NCBI GenBank assembly: GCA_003510435.1
Contig: DOMK01000013.1
Coordinates: forward strand, 12,135-76,134
DNA from: Candidatus Magasanikiibacteriota bacterium
Lineage (GTDB): Bacteria > Patescibacteriota > Patescibacteriia > Magasanikbacterales > UBA922
Direction of reading: 5' to 3'
Length of the DNA: 64,000 nucleotides
The notes beneath the pieces were generated by a model, which saw only the letters and a program-made list of their open reading frames with translations, was not told the DNA's origin and ran no database searches. The position numbers and the translations under genes are program-made. Shown here in pieces: positions 37,906-47,819 of the stretch. Every line of letters begins with the position of its first letter. The stretch's first letter is position 1.

Positions 37906-39187
37906 TTCTATTTAACATTCTAGGGAATGCAGATGTCTCTCGAATATGATGTATCCCTGCTATCCACCTTGTAACTCTTTCTATACCAATACCAAAACCA
38001 CAATGTGGTACAGAGCCATATTTTCGCAGATCTAGGTACCACTCAAAAATATCAACTTGTAAACCAGCAGACTTGATATTTTGTAAAATAATTTCATAAT
38101 CATCTTCACGCTGTGAACCACCAATTATTTCTCCAAAACCACGTGAGGCCAACACATCAGCATTCAAAACTAATTTTGAATCAATCGGGTGTTTTTTCAT
38201 GTAAAACGGTTTTATATCTTTTGGCCAATTCTTTACAATTACTGGTACATCTGAATCATTTGTCAATAATTCTTCATCCTCAGCACCCAAATCTTTACCA
38301 TATTCTATACTAGAACCACGTTTTTTTAATTCTGCAATCGCATCACCATATTCATAGTGAACAAATGGTTTTTCCACTACCGCCTGCAATTCTGACAAAT
38401 CACGTTCTAACAAAGCCAATTCTTCACCGCCATGTTCCAAAACATATTTTACAACATGCTTGATACTGGCTTCTTGAATTTTTAAACTTTCCTCATGTTC
38501 AATAAAAGCAATTTCGGGATTAAGAGACCAAAATTCAGTTAAATGTTTACGGGTCTTGGATTTTTCCGCTCGAAAATTTGGACACAAATCATAAACTCTT
38601 CCAAAAGCCATACACATAGCCTCTAAATATAATTGACCATTCTGAGTAAGATAAGCCTTGCGATCAAAATAATTAACTTCAAATAAATCAGTCGTACCCT
38701 CACATGAAGTTGGTGTAAAAATTGGTGTATCCAACTCAATATAACCTTGATTATTAAAATAATCCTGCAAACCTGCTTTAACCAAATGTCGTATCCGTAA
38801 AATTGCCCATTGTTTTTTGGAACGCAACCATAAATGACGATTATCCATTAAAAATTCTGGACCATGTTCTTTGTTACCAATCGGATAATCAATCGCCTGT
38901 TGAACTAATTGATATTTAGTAATTTGCAATTCAAAAACATCAGTCTTTTTTGGATGTTGGGTCACCTTACCTGTCACAATAATAGAAGATTCCTGAGTAG
39001 AATTTTCTACTAAGTTCCAAACATCTTCTGCTAATTCTTTTTTATTAGCTACACACTGGATAAAACCATTACCATCACGCAATTCCAAAAAAGCAATTGA
39101 ACCAGAGGAACGAATATTATTTAACCAACCTTTTAAAACTACTTCTTCTCCTACATGTTTTGATAAATCTTTTATAAATGTTTGCAT
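37895..39187 (-). CDS. asnS: Asparagine--tRNA ligase
   Basis: RHLWLR, FRAEKSKTRKHLTEFW, EIIGGSQRE, WYLDLRKYGSVPH. Confidence 0.93.
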   Translation of the reverse strand: MQTFIKDLSKHVGEEVVLKGWLNNIRSSGSIAFLELRDGNGFIQCVANKKELAEDVWNLVENSTQESSIIVTGKVTQHPKKTDVFELQITKYQLVQQAIDYPIGNKEHGPEFLMDNRHLWLRSKKQWAILRIRHLVKAGLQDYFNNQGYIELDTPIFTPTSCEGTTDLFEVNYFDRKAYLTQNGQLYLEAMCMAFGRVYDLCPNFRAEKSKTRKHLTEFWSLNPEIAFIEHEESLKIQEASIKHVVKYVLEHGGEELALLERDLSELQAVVEKPFVHYEYGDAIAELKKRGSSIEYGKDLGAEDEELLTNDSDVPVIVKNWPKDIKPFYMKKHPIDSKLVLNADVLASRGFGEIIGGSQREDDYEIILQNIKSAGLQVDIFEWYLDLRKYGSVPHCGFGIGIERVTRWIAGIHHIRETSAFPRMLNRIEP

Positions 39188-39239
39188 AATAATTTACAAT
39201 AAAGCATTAAATCAAAAAAACAAAATTTGTTTTTTTGAT

Positions 39240-39914
39240 TTATTGTTTTTTTGATTCTTTATATCCTACTTCCTGACTATAAAAATTAATACTATCTGCG
39301 ATTAAATGCATATCATCCATACCATAAGTCACCAACCCAAACCAAATTGAACCATAGGCATATGAATTAACAAGCATTGGATTCCAAACTTTATGCTCTT
39401 TGATAAACAAATCCAATGATAAACTCGCCCCATCATCCCCCAGATATGAATGATTAACTATCGCTCCACTCATAACTGACCAAGGAATAAAACAACTACG
39501 AAAATAATCTTTTCTAAGAATCCCTTCTGGACCAATATAAATAAAATAATGATTTATTTTCTTTTGTAACCAACTAGGAAAAAACCAGTAGCAAAGCAAT
39601 GAATAATAAAAAAAATAAATAATTAATAATATTGCAACTGGTATAAACCACTTCATTTTTAACCAGACATAAGTTAAAAAAGAAACTCCACCGCCCAAAA
39701 CAAAAATAAAAACAATTAAAAATGCAAAGAAAAAACTAGTCATTAAAATTGTCATGAACAAACTTTTTTGTGGATTGGGTCTAAAAACCTTACCGGAAAC
39801 TTGTTCGTTTTTAACAATTTTTTCGCTTAAACTACGCAAATTCTCTGGTAGTTTTTGCCATTTACCAATCTCAATTTCTTTGTAAAATAAGCTGTAAAAC
39901 CAAAGTGAAAACAT
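39240..39914 (-). CDS. Hypothetical membrane protein
   Basis: 224-aa ORF with two TM helices followed by a soluble domain. Confidence 0.65.
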   Translation of the reverse strand: MFSLWFYSLFYKEIEIGKWQKLPENLRSLSEKIVKNEQVSGKVFRPNPQKSLFMTILMTSFFFAFLIVFIFVLGGGVSFLTYVWLKMKWFIPVAILLIIYFFYYSLLCYWFFPSWLQKKINHYFIYIGPEGILRKDYFRSCFIPWSVMSGAIVNHSYLGDDGASLSLDLFIKEHKVWNPMLVNSYAYGSIWFGLVTYGMDDMHLIADSINFYSQEVGYKESKKQ

Positions 39915-39996
39915 ATATTCAATAAAACATCAAAACACAAAAACAATAAAACATCTACAAAAATATTACCATTTTTTGCTTAATTTAGCAAGTTAC

Positions 39997-40028
39997 AAAT
40001 CCTCTCCAACATGGAGAGGATTTGTTTT
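39997..40028. terminator. Terminator after glnA
   Basis: aaatcctctcca-aca-tggagaggattt. Confidence 0.7.
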
Positions 40029-40048
40029 GCTTGTTACAAGATAACGAT

Positions 40049-41380
40049 CTAATAAACTTCCAAATATCTTTCCCTTTCCCACTCTGACACATGGAGTCTA
40101 AAGTCATCCCATTCACTCATTTTTATTTCATAATATCTTTTAGCCATTTCCTTACCTAAAACATCATTAATCATTTTATCATCTTTCATGGCAAGCAGAG
40201 CACTATATAAATCTCTAGATACAGTATCAATTCCCCGATTCACGATTTCTTCTGGTGTCATTTCATAAGTTGATTCTTCAATTGGTTCTGGCGCTTGAAG
40301 TTTATTTTCAATACCATCCAAACCAGCTGATAACATCACCGCATAAGCTAAATATGGATTACATGTTGGATCTGGACAACGTAATTCACACCGTGTAGTC
40401 TGTGGCTTATCTGGATTGACCCGAGGAATACGCATGAGAGCTGATCTGTTTGTTTGACCCCAAGAAATATAAACTGGAGCTTCATAACCTACTACTAAAC
40501 GCTTATAAGAATTTACTGTTGGATTAATAATCGCGTTCATACCCTTGATATGACCCAGTTGGCCAGCGATAAACTGTAAAGCATAATCTGACAAGTGATA
40601 CTTTTTATCATCAGAATAAAAAGCATTTTTTCCTTCACTAAACAAACTCTGGTTAGTATGCATACCAGAACCATTAATCCCATAAAATGGTTTGGCCATG
40701 AAAGTCGCATGCAAACCCATTTTCTTGGCTACCATTTTTAAAGCATATCTAAAGGTAATAGTATTATCTGCAGCACACAAGGCATCAGAATATTTAAAGT
40801 TGATTTCATGCTGACCATTGGCTACTTCATGATGCAGGGCTTCCACTTCCATTCCAAATCCAGCCAAGGCTGTGCCCATAGCATGACGAACAGCCGTCGC
40901 GCCATCAATTGTCTGATCAAAATAACCCGCTTTATCATGTGGTAAAGGTTCAATTGTACCATCTTCTTTACGCTTCATGAGAAAAAATTCTAACTCTGGT
41001 GCCACATAATAATCAAAACCTAATTTCTTCGCTCTAGCCAATTGTTTTTTCAAAATATAACGTGGATCACCAGTAAATGGTTCACCATCTGGTGTAAATA
41101 CATCACAAATTACTCTCGCTTCGGTATAACCATTTCCTCTTGTCCAAGGAATTACACAGAAAGTTTCCAAATCTGGTTTTAAAAACATATCAGATTCAGA
41201 AATCCGTGCAAAACCTTCAATTGAAGAACCATCAAACCACTTACCATGTTTGATAGTATCACCAAACTGCTGTACTGGAATAGTGACAGCCTTTAATACC
41301 CCCAATAAATCTGAAAACTGTAGGTGAATAAATTTCACCTTGTGTTTAACAATTTCCTCCCTAATTTGTTCTGTTGTCAT
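40049..41380 (-). CDS. glnA: Glutamine synthetase type I
   Basis: FDGSSIEGF, PELEFF, HHEVA.GQHEI, NGSGMH, NRSALMRIP; start MTTEQ. Confidence 0.96.
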   Translation of the reverse strand: MTTEQIREEIVKHKVKFIHLQFSDLLGVLKAVTIPVQQFGDTIKHGKWFDGSSIEGFARISESDMFLKPDLETFCVIPWTRGNGYTEARVICDVFTPDGEPFTGDPRYILKKQLARAKKLGFDYYVAPELEFFLMKRKEDGTIEPLPHDKAGYFDQTIDGATAVRHAMGTALAGFGMEVEALHHEVANGQHEINFKYSDALCAADNTITFRYALKMVAKKMGLHATFMAKPFYGINGSGMHTNQSLFSEGKNAFYSDDKKYHLSDYALQFIAGQLGHIKGMNAIINPTVNSYKRLVVGYEAPVYISWGQTNRSALMRIPRVNPDKPQTTRCELRCPDPTCNPYLAYAVMLSAGLDGIENKLQAPEPIEESTYEMTPEEIVNRGIDTVSRDLYSALLAMKDDKMINDVLGKEMAKRYYEIKMSEWDDFRLHVSEWERERYLEVY

Positions 41381-41415
41381 AATTTTATAATTATGAATTA
41401 ATGAATTAAATTTTG

Positions 41416-41488
41416 CTCCGAGGGCTGGACTCGAACCAGCGATATCCGCGTTAACAGCGCGGTGTTGTACCAACTCAACTACCTCGGA
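41416..41488 (-). tRNA. tRNA-Asn(GTT)
   Basis: TCCGAGG acceptor, CCGCG-CTGTTAA-CGCGG anticodon arm, GGTTCGAG. Confidence 0.93.
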
Positions 41489-41545
41489 ATAAATTACATC
41501 AATTTTAATCTGTTTAAATCTGTCTAAATCAATGCCAAAATTAAA

Positions 41546-41567
41546 GACTCTCCCGTCGGGGAGAGTC
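41546..41567 (-). terminator. Terminator-like hairpin upstream of tRNA-Asn
   Basis: 9-bp stem GACTCTCCC/GGGAGAGTC followed by TTTAATTTT on the minus strand. Confidence 0.6.
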
Positions 41568-41595
41568 GTTTGTAGTGTTAGTCTGTTTTAGGACA

Positions 41596-41685
41596 CTAAA
41601 AAACTCGCCCGCCGGGTTGGGGTGTATTATTATTAGTATTACTTGTCTGCCGTAGAGGCAGATTTGTTCGAAACATTTGTCTCAT
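41596..41685 (-). CDS. Candidate 29-aa leader peptide
   Basis: MRQMFRTNLPLRQTSNTNNNTPQPGGRVF*, just downstream of TTGACG-17-TATTAT. Confidence 0.35.
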   Translation of the reverse strand: MRQMFRTNLPLRQTSNTNNNTPQPGGRVF

Positions 41686-41913
41686 ATGTTTAAATAATAC
41701 AACTACTTTTGAATAACGTCAAATAACTTATCCACACCGCACTAGAACCTCCTTACAGTCGGTTCGGTGCAGTGCAAGCACCTTTAAACAAAAGCACCAT
41801 TGACAAAACTACTTTTCTGTGATATAATATTTTGTTAAAAAACAGTTGAAAAACTAGATTTATTTGGCTAAATATAGACAAATTTGTCCGGTCTTTCAAC
41901 AGGAGGAAACGCC

Positions 41914-42084
41914 ATGGAATTAATCCTGGCAATAATCCTCGGCCTGATTGGGTTTGCCATCCTGAAGCTGATTCTTCGCACCGCTCTGTTCGGTGTAAAG
42001 ATCGGCTGTGGGTTGCTCACCCTCGCCATAATACTCGCGATCGTGTCGGGCCTGTGGCTGAAAGCCGGGGAGGGGTTCGTGTGA
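41914..42084 (+). CDS. Small two-TM orphan protein, GC-richer
   Basis: AGGAGG SD; TTGACA-17-TATAAT at 41800-41828. Confidence 0.7.
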   Translation: MELILAIILGLIGFAILKLILRTALFGVKIGCGLLTLAIILAIVSGLWLKAGEGFV

Positions 42085-42158
42085 ACGAACCCGCCCATTA
42101 TTAATTTTATATTTTAAAATTAATATAGGATAAAAAATTCTGTTTTACACAGAATTTT

Positions 42159-42770
42159 TTATTTTAATATTTTGCCCCAATCATTAACTTTTCTATCTGT
42201 ATTATACAATAAAAATTTATATATAAAATCATGCACTGATTTTTTGTATTCTAGTTTATTTATGATTTCCCAATTTTCTTTACTTAACATTTCTAAATCA
42301 TTTTTTATTCCAGTCGGAATTTTATCAGACTCAACAATATCTAAACCAAGATAAGACAATAACCTTACAACATAAGAATCTAACAAGTGTATACCGTATA
42401 CTGTATACTGATTATCAACATATTCCAACCAACTCACAATCAAATCAAATATTCTCTCATCTTTCTCTCCTTCGTGTAAAAGTTTATCCAAAGTTGAAAC
42501 CAAAAATCCCGCGGCCAAACTTTTTTGCAATTTTTTTCTAATACTAACAAAATAATTTATTGGTTGAACTGCTCCTAAATAATTTAATTCCTTACCAAGA
42601 ATAACTTCTGCTTCTACCAAAGAAAACGGCTCTAAATGAGCCGAATTTTTTGAAGTAATTTTTTTTACCCCTCTCGTCAAAATTTCCATTTTTCCTTTTT
42701 CCAAAGTATAAAATGAGATAATTTGATCAGCCTCGCGAAAATCACGGCGATAGAGGACAAATGCTAACAT
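42159..42770 (-). CDS. recO: DNA repair protein RecO
   Basis: VLYRRDFREADQII, GKM...RGVKK..SK...HLEPF. Confidence 0.88.
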   Translation of the reverse strand: MLAFVLYRRDFREADQIISFYTLEKGKMEILTRGVKKITSKNSAHLEPFSLVEAEVILGKELNYLGAVQPINYFVSIRKKLQKSLAAGFLVSTLDKLLHEGEKDERIFDLIVSWLEYVDNQYTVYGIHLLDSYVVRLLSYLGLDIVESDKIPTGIKNDLEMLSKENWEIINKLEYKKSVHDFIYKFLLYNTDRKVNDWGKILK

Positions 42771-42772
42771 AA

Positions 42773-43027
42773 TTACTTTTTATATTTAAACATTAAACCT
42801 AACTGAAAAATACTTAAAATGAGAGATAAACCATTTGTTATTATTATTGGCCAGCTAACTATAAAATAGGCATATACAACCCACAATAGCATGCTAATAG
42901 CATAAGTTATTATAAGCAAAAAAGATAATTCATCAACTTTTTTTAATTTATAAGTTTTAACAATCTGAGGCAACATATTTAACAAAGTAAAAATTCCTGC
43001 CACATACCCGATTAATTCAACAAACAT
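42773..43027 (-). CDS. SemiSWEET/PQ-loop transporter
   Basis: 84 aa, 3 TM helices, LPQIVKT, WVVY, PIIITN. Confidence 0.85.
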   Translation of the reverse strand: MFVELIGYVAGIFTLLNMLPQIVKTYKLKKVDELSFLLIITYAISMLLWVVYAYFIVSWPIIITNGLSLILSIFQLGLMFKYKK

Positions 43028-43036
43028 AGATATTTA

Positions 43037-44293
43037 TTAATAAATAAAAGATGATATTACTAAAATGACTGTCGCAGCAATAATTCCACCAACAGTTAAC
43101 CAAGCAATAATATTTCCAATGGGTTTATTTACATGTTCCCCCATAATTTTTTTATCATTAATAATTTTAAGTACAAAAATCAAAATGATTGGCAATAAAA
43201 TTCCATTAACATCTTGAGATAAAATCATCACTTTAATTAATGGTAAACCTGGTATTAATACTAAAATTGCGGGGATAATAATCCCGACCAAAATAATACT
43301 ATAAAAAATTCTCGCTTCATACCATTTTTTATTAAAACCATATTCCCAACCAAAGGCTTCACAAATCGCATAGGCTGTGGCAGTTGGTAAAATAAAAGCC
43401 CCAAGCATTGAAGCTACAAACAAACCAAAAGCAAATAAAATTAAAGAAAATTGGCCAGCCAATGGTTTCAAGGCCATGGCCGCATCTTTGGCATCAGTAA
43501 TGTGAATTCCGTGTTTATAGAGAGTATAAGCAGTACTAATAATAATAAAAAAACTAACAATATCTGTAATAAAAGCACCTAAAAAAACTTCGAGTTTTTC
43601 GGCTTTATAGTGTTTGATATCCAAACCCTTGTCAACTACATATGATTGAATAAAAAATTGCCCCCAAGGAGTAATAGTTGTACCAATCAAAGCAATCATG
43701 GTAAGTAAAAATGGCGCGCTAAATTCTAATGTTGGTTGAAATAATGACCGAGTGGCTTCTCCAAAATCTGGGCCTACCAAAAAACCATTAACTATATAAA
43801 CAACATAAAATGCTGAAAATATTAAAAATATTTTTTGGGTAAGTTTAAAAGAACCTTTGTACAAAATTAACCACACAGCCAAAGCTGCCACTGGCACTGA
43901 CCAATATTTTGATATATTACCAATTTCAAAAGATGACGCAATCCCAGCAAACTCAGCTGTAATTGTACCCAGATTGGCAATAAGCATGGTCACCATGGCA
44001 AACAAAGTCCATTTTACCCCAAATTTTTCTCTAATAATGCCACCTAGTCCCTGTCTAGTGACCAAACCAATGCGCACGCCCATTTCTTGAGTAATAGCCA
44101 AAGAAAAAGTAATTAAAAACAAAACCCAAAGCATTTTGAGACCAAAGTGAGCACCAACAATTGAATAGGTAGAAATACCACCCGCATCATTATCAGCATT
44201 GGCAGCAATAATCCCTGGACCAATCACGCTCAAAAAAAATAAAACTTTGGCCCACCAAATTGATTTTTTACTAACAATCTTTTTCTCTGACAT
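43037..44293 (-). CDS. NRAMP-family divalent metal transporter
   Basis: GPG..ADNDAGGISTY, QEM, GTTITPW. Confidence 0.88.
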   Translation of the reverse strand: MSEKKIVSKKSIWWAKVLFFLSVIGPGIIAANADNDAGGISTYSIVGAHFGLKMLWVLFLITFSLAITQEMGVRIGLVTRQGLGGIIREKFGVKWTLFAMVTMLIANLGTITAEFAGIASSFEIGNISKYWSVPVAALAVWLILYKGSFKLTQKIFLIFSAFYVVYIVNGFLVGPDFGEATRSLFQPTLEFSAPFLLTMIALIGTTITPWGQFFIQSYVVDKGLDIKHYKAEKLEVFLGAFITDIVSFFIIISTAYTLYKHGIHITDAKDAAMALKPLAGQFSLILFAFGLFVASMLGAFILPTATAYAICEAFGWEYGFNKKWYEARIFYSIILVGIIIPAILVLIPGLPLIKVMILSQDVNGILLPIILIFVLKIINDKKIMGEHVNKPIGNIIAWLTVGGIIAATVILVISSFIY

Positions 44294-44384
44294 AATAATT
44301 TAATGATCCGTCAATTATAAATATCCGTAAATCAAGATTACTCGCCTCGTTGAAGCTGTGGCGAAGCTGGTCAGTAATCCGTAA

Positions 44385-45599
44385 TTAGGCATTAGGTATT
44401 AGACAGCGCATAATGTCATCAATCGTCACTATTCCTAACAAATGATTATCATTATCTATAACAGCTACTGACAACAAATTATATTTTGTCATAATAGTAG
44501 CGATTTTGGTTAGATTAGCGTCTACTTTAACACCAGGAATACCAGCAATTCTTTTCATCACTTCCCCGACTTTTCTTTTTTCGTCACTAATCATCAATCG
44601 TCTCATAGAGACTACACCCAGATAATGATTTTCTGTATCAACTACATACACAAAAAATATTGAACGATGCAAATGAGAATATTTTTTAATTTTTTCAATT
44701 GTCTCACCAACAGTGTCCTCTGAACTAGCAGTCAAATATTCAGTTGTCATAAGACCACCAGCTTCATCTTCATCATATTCCAAAATTTTTCTCAAACTCT
44801 TAGCATCTTTATAAGATGGTAGCCTCTCAATAAGTTGCACTGACTCACGAGCGGGAAGAAGTTGGATCAAATCAACCAATTCATCGGCTGACATCTTACC
44901 AACAATATCCATCGCTCTTTCTGGACCCAAATGTTGAACCAAAATTTTCTGAATTTCCGGCTGAACTTCTTCCAAGACTTTGGCCGCCGTCCTCTCGTCA
45001 AGTGAATCTAACAACGTACTACTTTGATTTAAATTCAATTTTTCCACAATATTGGCAATATCAGCTGGATGCAATTTTACCAAATCATCTTTATTTATAT
45101 CAAATTGTAATTTATCTCCGACAATATGAATATCTTTCCATTCCAAAAGATGAGGTTTAAAAAATCTAAATAATGATCCATGAAAACCAAGACGACGCAA
45201 TAAACCACTAGTAGATACATCAATTGCCAACAAACTCATTATTCCTTGTACTATGCTAAACTGTAAATCATTTACCCTAACTACTTTCACACCAGACAAA
45301 TCTACAATCTGTTTGTCTACTATATGACGATTTAAAAACAACAAATGATCTTCTTTTGGTATTGATAACATTTTTTCATTTAAGACGCAACGTAAAAAAA
45401 TACCACCAGAACTCCAATTGGAAACATTTTTTATTTCTACATAATATTCTTTGTTATTTTTGCCTTTCACTAAAATTCCCACCACCGGCGGGTACTGTTT
45501 CTTATCATCACTGTCAACGGCAATGTCTACTAAATGACCAACAATTTCATCATTTTTATCACGAATTTTTTTGTTAAATAAATTGCTAAAGTAAAACAT
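44385..45599 (-). CDS. Soluble MgtE N-domain/CBS protein
   Basis: HPADIA, AGGLMTTE, CBS pair, no TM region; start MFYFS. Confidence 0.82.
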   Translation of the reverse strand: MFYFSNLFNKKIRDKNDEIVGHLVDIAVDSDDKKQYPPVVGILVKGKNNKEYYVEIKNVSNWSSGGIFLRCVLNEKMLSIPKEDHLLFLNRHIVDKQIVDLSGVKVVRVNDLQFSIVQGIMSLLAIDVSTSGLLRRLGFHGSLFRFFKPHLLEWKDIHIVGDKLQFDINKDDLVKLHPADIANIVEKLNLNQSSTLLDSLDERTAAKVLEEVQPEIQKILVQHLGPERAMDIVGKMSADELVDLIQLLPARESVQLIERLPSYKDAKSLRKILEYDEDEAGGLMTTEYLTASSEDTVGETIEKIKKYSHLHRSIFFVYVVDTENHYLGVVSMRRLMISDEKRKVGEVMKRIAGIPGVKVDANLTKIATIMTKYNLLSVAVIDNDNHLLGIVTIDDIMRCLIPNA

Positions 45600-45600
45600 A

Positions 45601-45672
45601 CAGATAAGCAGATTATGCAAATTAAGCAGAATAAGCAGAAATGTTATTTGCTTACTCTGCTTATCCTGCTTA
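45601..45672. repeat. Inverted repeat with 9-nt periodic arms (TAAGCAGA/TCTGCTTA)
   Basis: Fills the gap between the ruvX stop and the MgtE-like start. Confidence 0.7.
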
Positions 45673-46050
45673 TTGCTTTCTTAGCTTCACTTGTTCTAAG
45701 TAACCTTCAAGTATTAACATCGCTGCCTTCTCATCCAAACTAGCCCGACCACCCATCTCCTCTGCCTCAGCTGTGGTTAGTCTTTCATCGGCAAAATCAA
45801 TTTCTAGATTCGTAGACTTTTTTATTTCTTCGGCAAACTTCCTAATCCGCCTTGTGTTATCATTTTCACTAGAATCTTCCAAACCAAAAGGTAAACCAAA
45901 AATAACTTTATTTATTTTCTCTTTTTTTATCAATTCTATTAATTCATCTTTATTACCTACTACACCAAAAGGTAAAACTACATCCAAACCAGTCTGTGCC
46001 CAAGCCAAACCAATTCTTTTACGGCCATAGTCCACTCCGAGTATATTCAT
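45670..46050 (-). CDS. ruvX: YqgF/RuvX RNase H-like protein
   Basis: LGVDYGRKRIG, GLP, DERLTT, AAMLILE. Confidence 0.92.
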   Translation of the reverse strand: MNILGVDYGRKRIGLAWAQTGLDVVLPFGVVGNKDELIELIKKEKINKVIFGLPFGLEDSSENDNTRRIRKFAEEIKKSTNLEIDFADERLTTAEAEEMGGRASLDEKAAMLILEGYLEQVKLRKQ

Positions 46051-46056
46051 AATTAA

Positions 46057-46125
46057 TTAGGATTTAGGAATTAGTAATAAGATGCGGGAATTTCTCTCGC
46101 CTCAAGCCCTAACTCCTAATTCCTT
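46057..46125. repeat. Family-B inverted repeat, inverted copy of 34512-34582
   Basis: AGATGCGGGAATTT..CTCGC...AGCCCTAACTCCTAATTCCT shared. Confidence 0.8.
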
Positions 46126-46135
46126 TTTTATATAA

Positions 46136-46951
46136 CTAAAATTTTTCATTTGGTCTTCGAGTGACCACCATTGGCCCATCCTTTGTAATAACAATCGTAT
46201 GTTCTTGATGAGCACAAAGACTATTATCAGCTGTGGAAATACTCCAACCATCATCAGCTGTAATTACATGGTAATCGCCTATAGTCACCATTGGTTCAAT
46301 CGCAATTACCACTCCTTCCCTCAAAATATAATTTTCTAAACTCTTATCATAATAATTTGGTACGCGTGGATCTTCGTGTACTGCATGGCCAACACCATGA
46401 CCAACCAAATCACGCACTATACCATAACCCTGTGGTTCTACCCAGTCCTGAATAGCTTTACCAATGCTCGCTACAGTATTACCTACTTGAGCTTGAACAA
46501 TACCAATTTCTAGACATTTTTTTGTCACATTTAATAATTGTTTGGTTTTTTCTGGTATTTTCCCCACCGCAACAGTCAAAGCTGTATCAGTAAAAAATCC
46601 ATTACCATTTTCTCCTTTACCACATTTGATTGGATATTGCATGCCAATATCAATACTAAAAATATCACCATCATTCAAAATTTTTTCTTTGGTGGCAATA
46701 CCATGAACTAGTTCTTCATTTTTGGAAGCGCAAATCGTTGAAGGAAATGGTGGTTCACTTTTTCTTCCTCTGTAACCTTTAAAAGCTGGTCGCCCACCAG
46801 CTTCTTTTATCATTCTTTCTGCCTCCTGATCAATTTCCCAAGCTGAAATACCGGGTTTGACCATGCCGGCTAATTTTTCTAAAATTTTACCTAAAATTGC
46901 CCCACCTTCAGTGATCAAAGCAATTTCTTCTGCTGATTTTATATAGGCCAT
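46136..46951 (-). CDS. map: Methionine aminopeptidase type I
   Basis: VHGI, DIG, DTA, GHGVG..VHEDP, IEPM, AHQEHT. Confidence 0.96.
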   Translation of the reverse strand: MAYIKSAEEIALITEGGAILGKILEKLAGMVKPGISAWEIDQEAERMIKEAGGRPAFKGYRGRKSEPPFPSTICASKNEELVHGIATKEKILNDGDIFSIDIGMQYPIKCGKGENGNGFFTDTALTVAVGKIPEKTKQLLNVTKKCLEIGIVQAQVGNTVASIGKAIQDWVEPQGYGIVRDLVGHGVGHAVHEDPRVPNYYDKSLENYILREGVVIAIEPMVTIGDYHVITADDGWSISTADNSLCAHQEHTIVITKDGPMVVTRRPNEKF

Positions 46952-47016
46952 ATGGTTAATATTTTACCCTAAAATAAGGAAAAAAGCAACCAAAAACTCC
47001 CTATTCAAGGGAGTTT

Positions 47017-47187
47017 TTATTTTTTTAAATTTTGTAAATCTTTTACTTCTTTTTCTAAATTTTTTATTAATTTTTTCTGTTCATCTGGTTCTAAATCTGG
47101 AAAAAGCTTAAGCCAAAAATTGAGTTCTGTTTCATTCTCGCCTAATTGAATAAGTTTTTTAACTAAATCACTAATTGATAATGACAT
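47017..47187 (-). CDS. Small hypothetical protein (56 aa, below the ORF track cutoff)
   Basis: MSLSISDLVKKLIQLGENETELNFWLKLFP...; followed by a terminator hairpin at 46993-47018. Confidence 0.6.
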   Translation of the reverse strand: MSLSISDLVKKLIQLGENETELNFWLKLFPDLEPDEQKKLIKNLEKEVKDLQNLKK

Positions 47188-47191
47188 ATTA

Positions 47192-47815
47192 TTATGCTAA
47201 TTCTTCTTTTCCACTTAATTTTCTATATGGTTTAGCCACTATTAACTTTTCATAATTAACTGAAATAAAATCACCAACAGTTTTCAATATACTAGACAGC
47301 TTCGGCATTTTATCTTTTAAAACTGCAGAGACTTTGTCTAAAGCCATAGGTAAAGCGTCAAAATTGGCCATATAATAAGAAACTGTTCCTCCAACACCAG
47401 CGGCTGCATATTCACCAACATAAGCAGCTGCATAAGCAAATATTGCAGCTGTAGTTGCTACCATGTAGTTAAATTGTTCAGTTACTTCCAAATCTCTACC
47501 ACCTTCTTTTTCAGTGATTGTTCCTTTGGCTAAATTATACTCACCATAAAACGGCGCATTATTTATAAGCTTTAAAAATAAAGGGGCTTTTACCAATTGC
47601 ATAATGCGATCTAAAAAAATCTTTCTAAGTAACCTTAATCTTTCTCCTCTTGCTTTCTCTTTAACCTTTTCCACTGTTTTTGGTCCTTCAGATAATTCCA
47701 AATTACCCAACTCTGTACTAGTAGATTCGACAATTAAATCATCGGCTGTATCATCTACTGGATTTTCTTTTTCCCAAGGTGTCATAAATTGTCTCATGTC
47801 TGATTCTGATCTCAT
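47192..47815 (-). CDS. Hypothetical protein
   Basis: 207-aa ORF in the operon after adk. Confidence 0.65.
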   Translation of the reverse strand: MRSESDMRQFMTPWEKENPVDDTADDLIVESTSTELGNLELSEGPKTVEKVKEKARGERLRLLRKIFLDRIMQLVKAPLFLKLINNAPFYGEYNLAKGTITEKEGGRDLEVTEQFNYMVATTAAIFAYAAAYVGEYAAAGVGGTVSYYMANFDALPMALDKVSAVLKDKMPKLSSILKTVGDFISVNYEKLIVAKPYRKLSGKEELA

Positions 47816-47819
47816 AGAT

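Noticed and set aside
41381-41473. N-terminal extension of GlnA in the ORF track
   Set aside because: It overlaps tRNA-Asn. The extended starts of aspS, parA, the MgtE-like gene, rpsJ, rpsS, the RSH gene and ORF 12490 are likewise track artefacts.
43037-45599. NRAMP transporter plus soluble MgtE-domain gene as a novel system
   Set aside because: This pairing is a recurrent arrangement for NRAMP-related Mg transporters.
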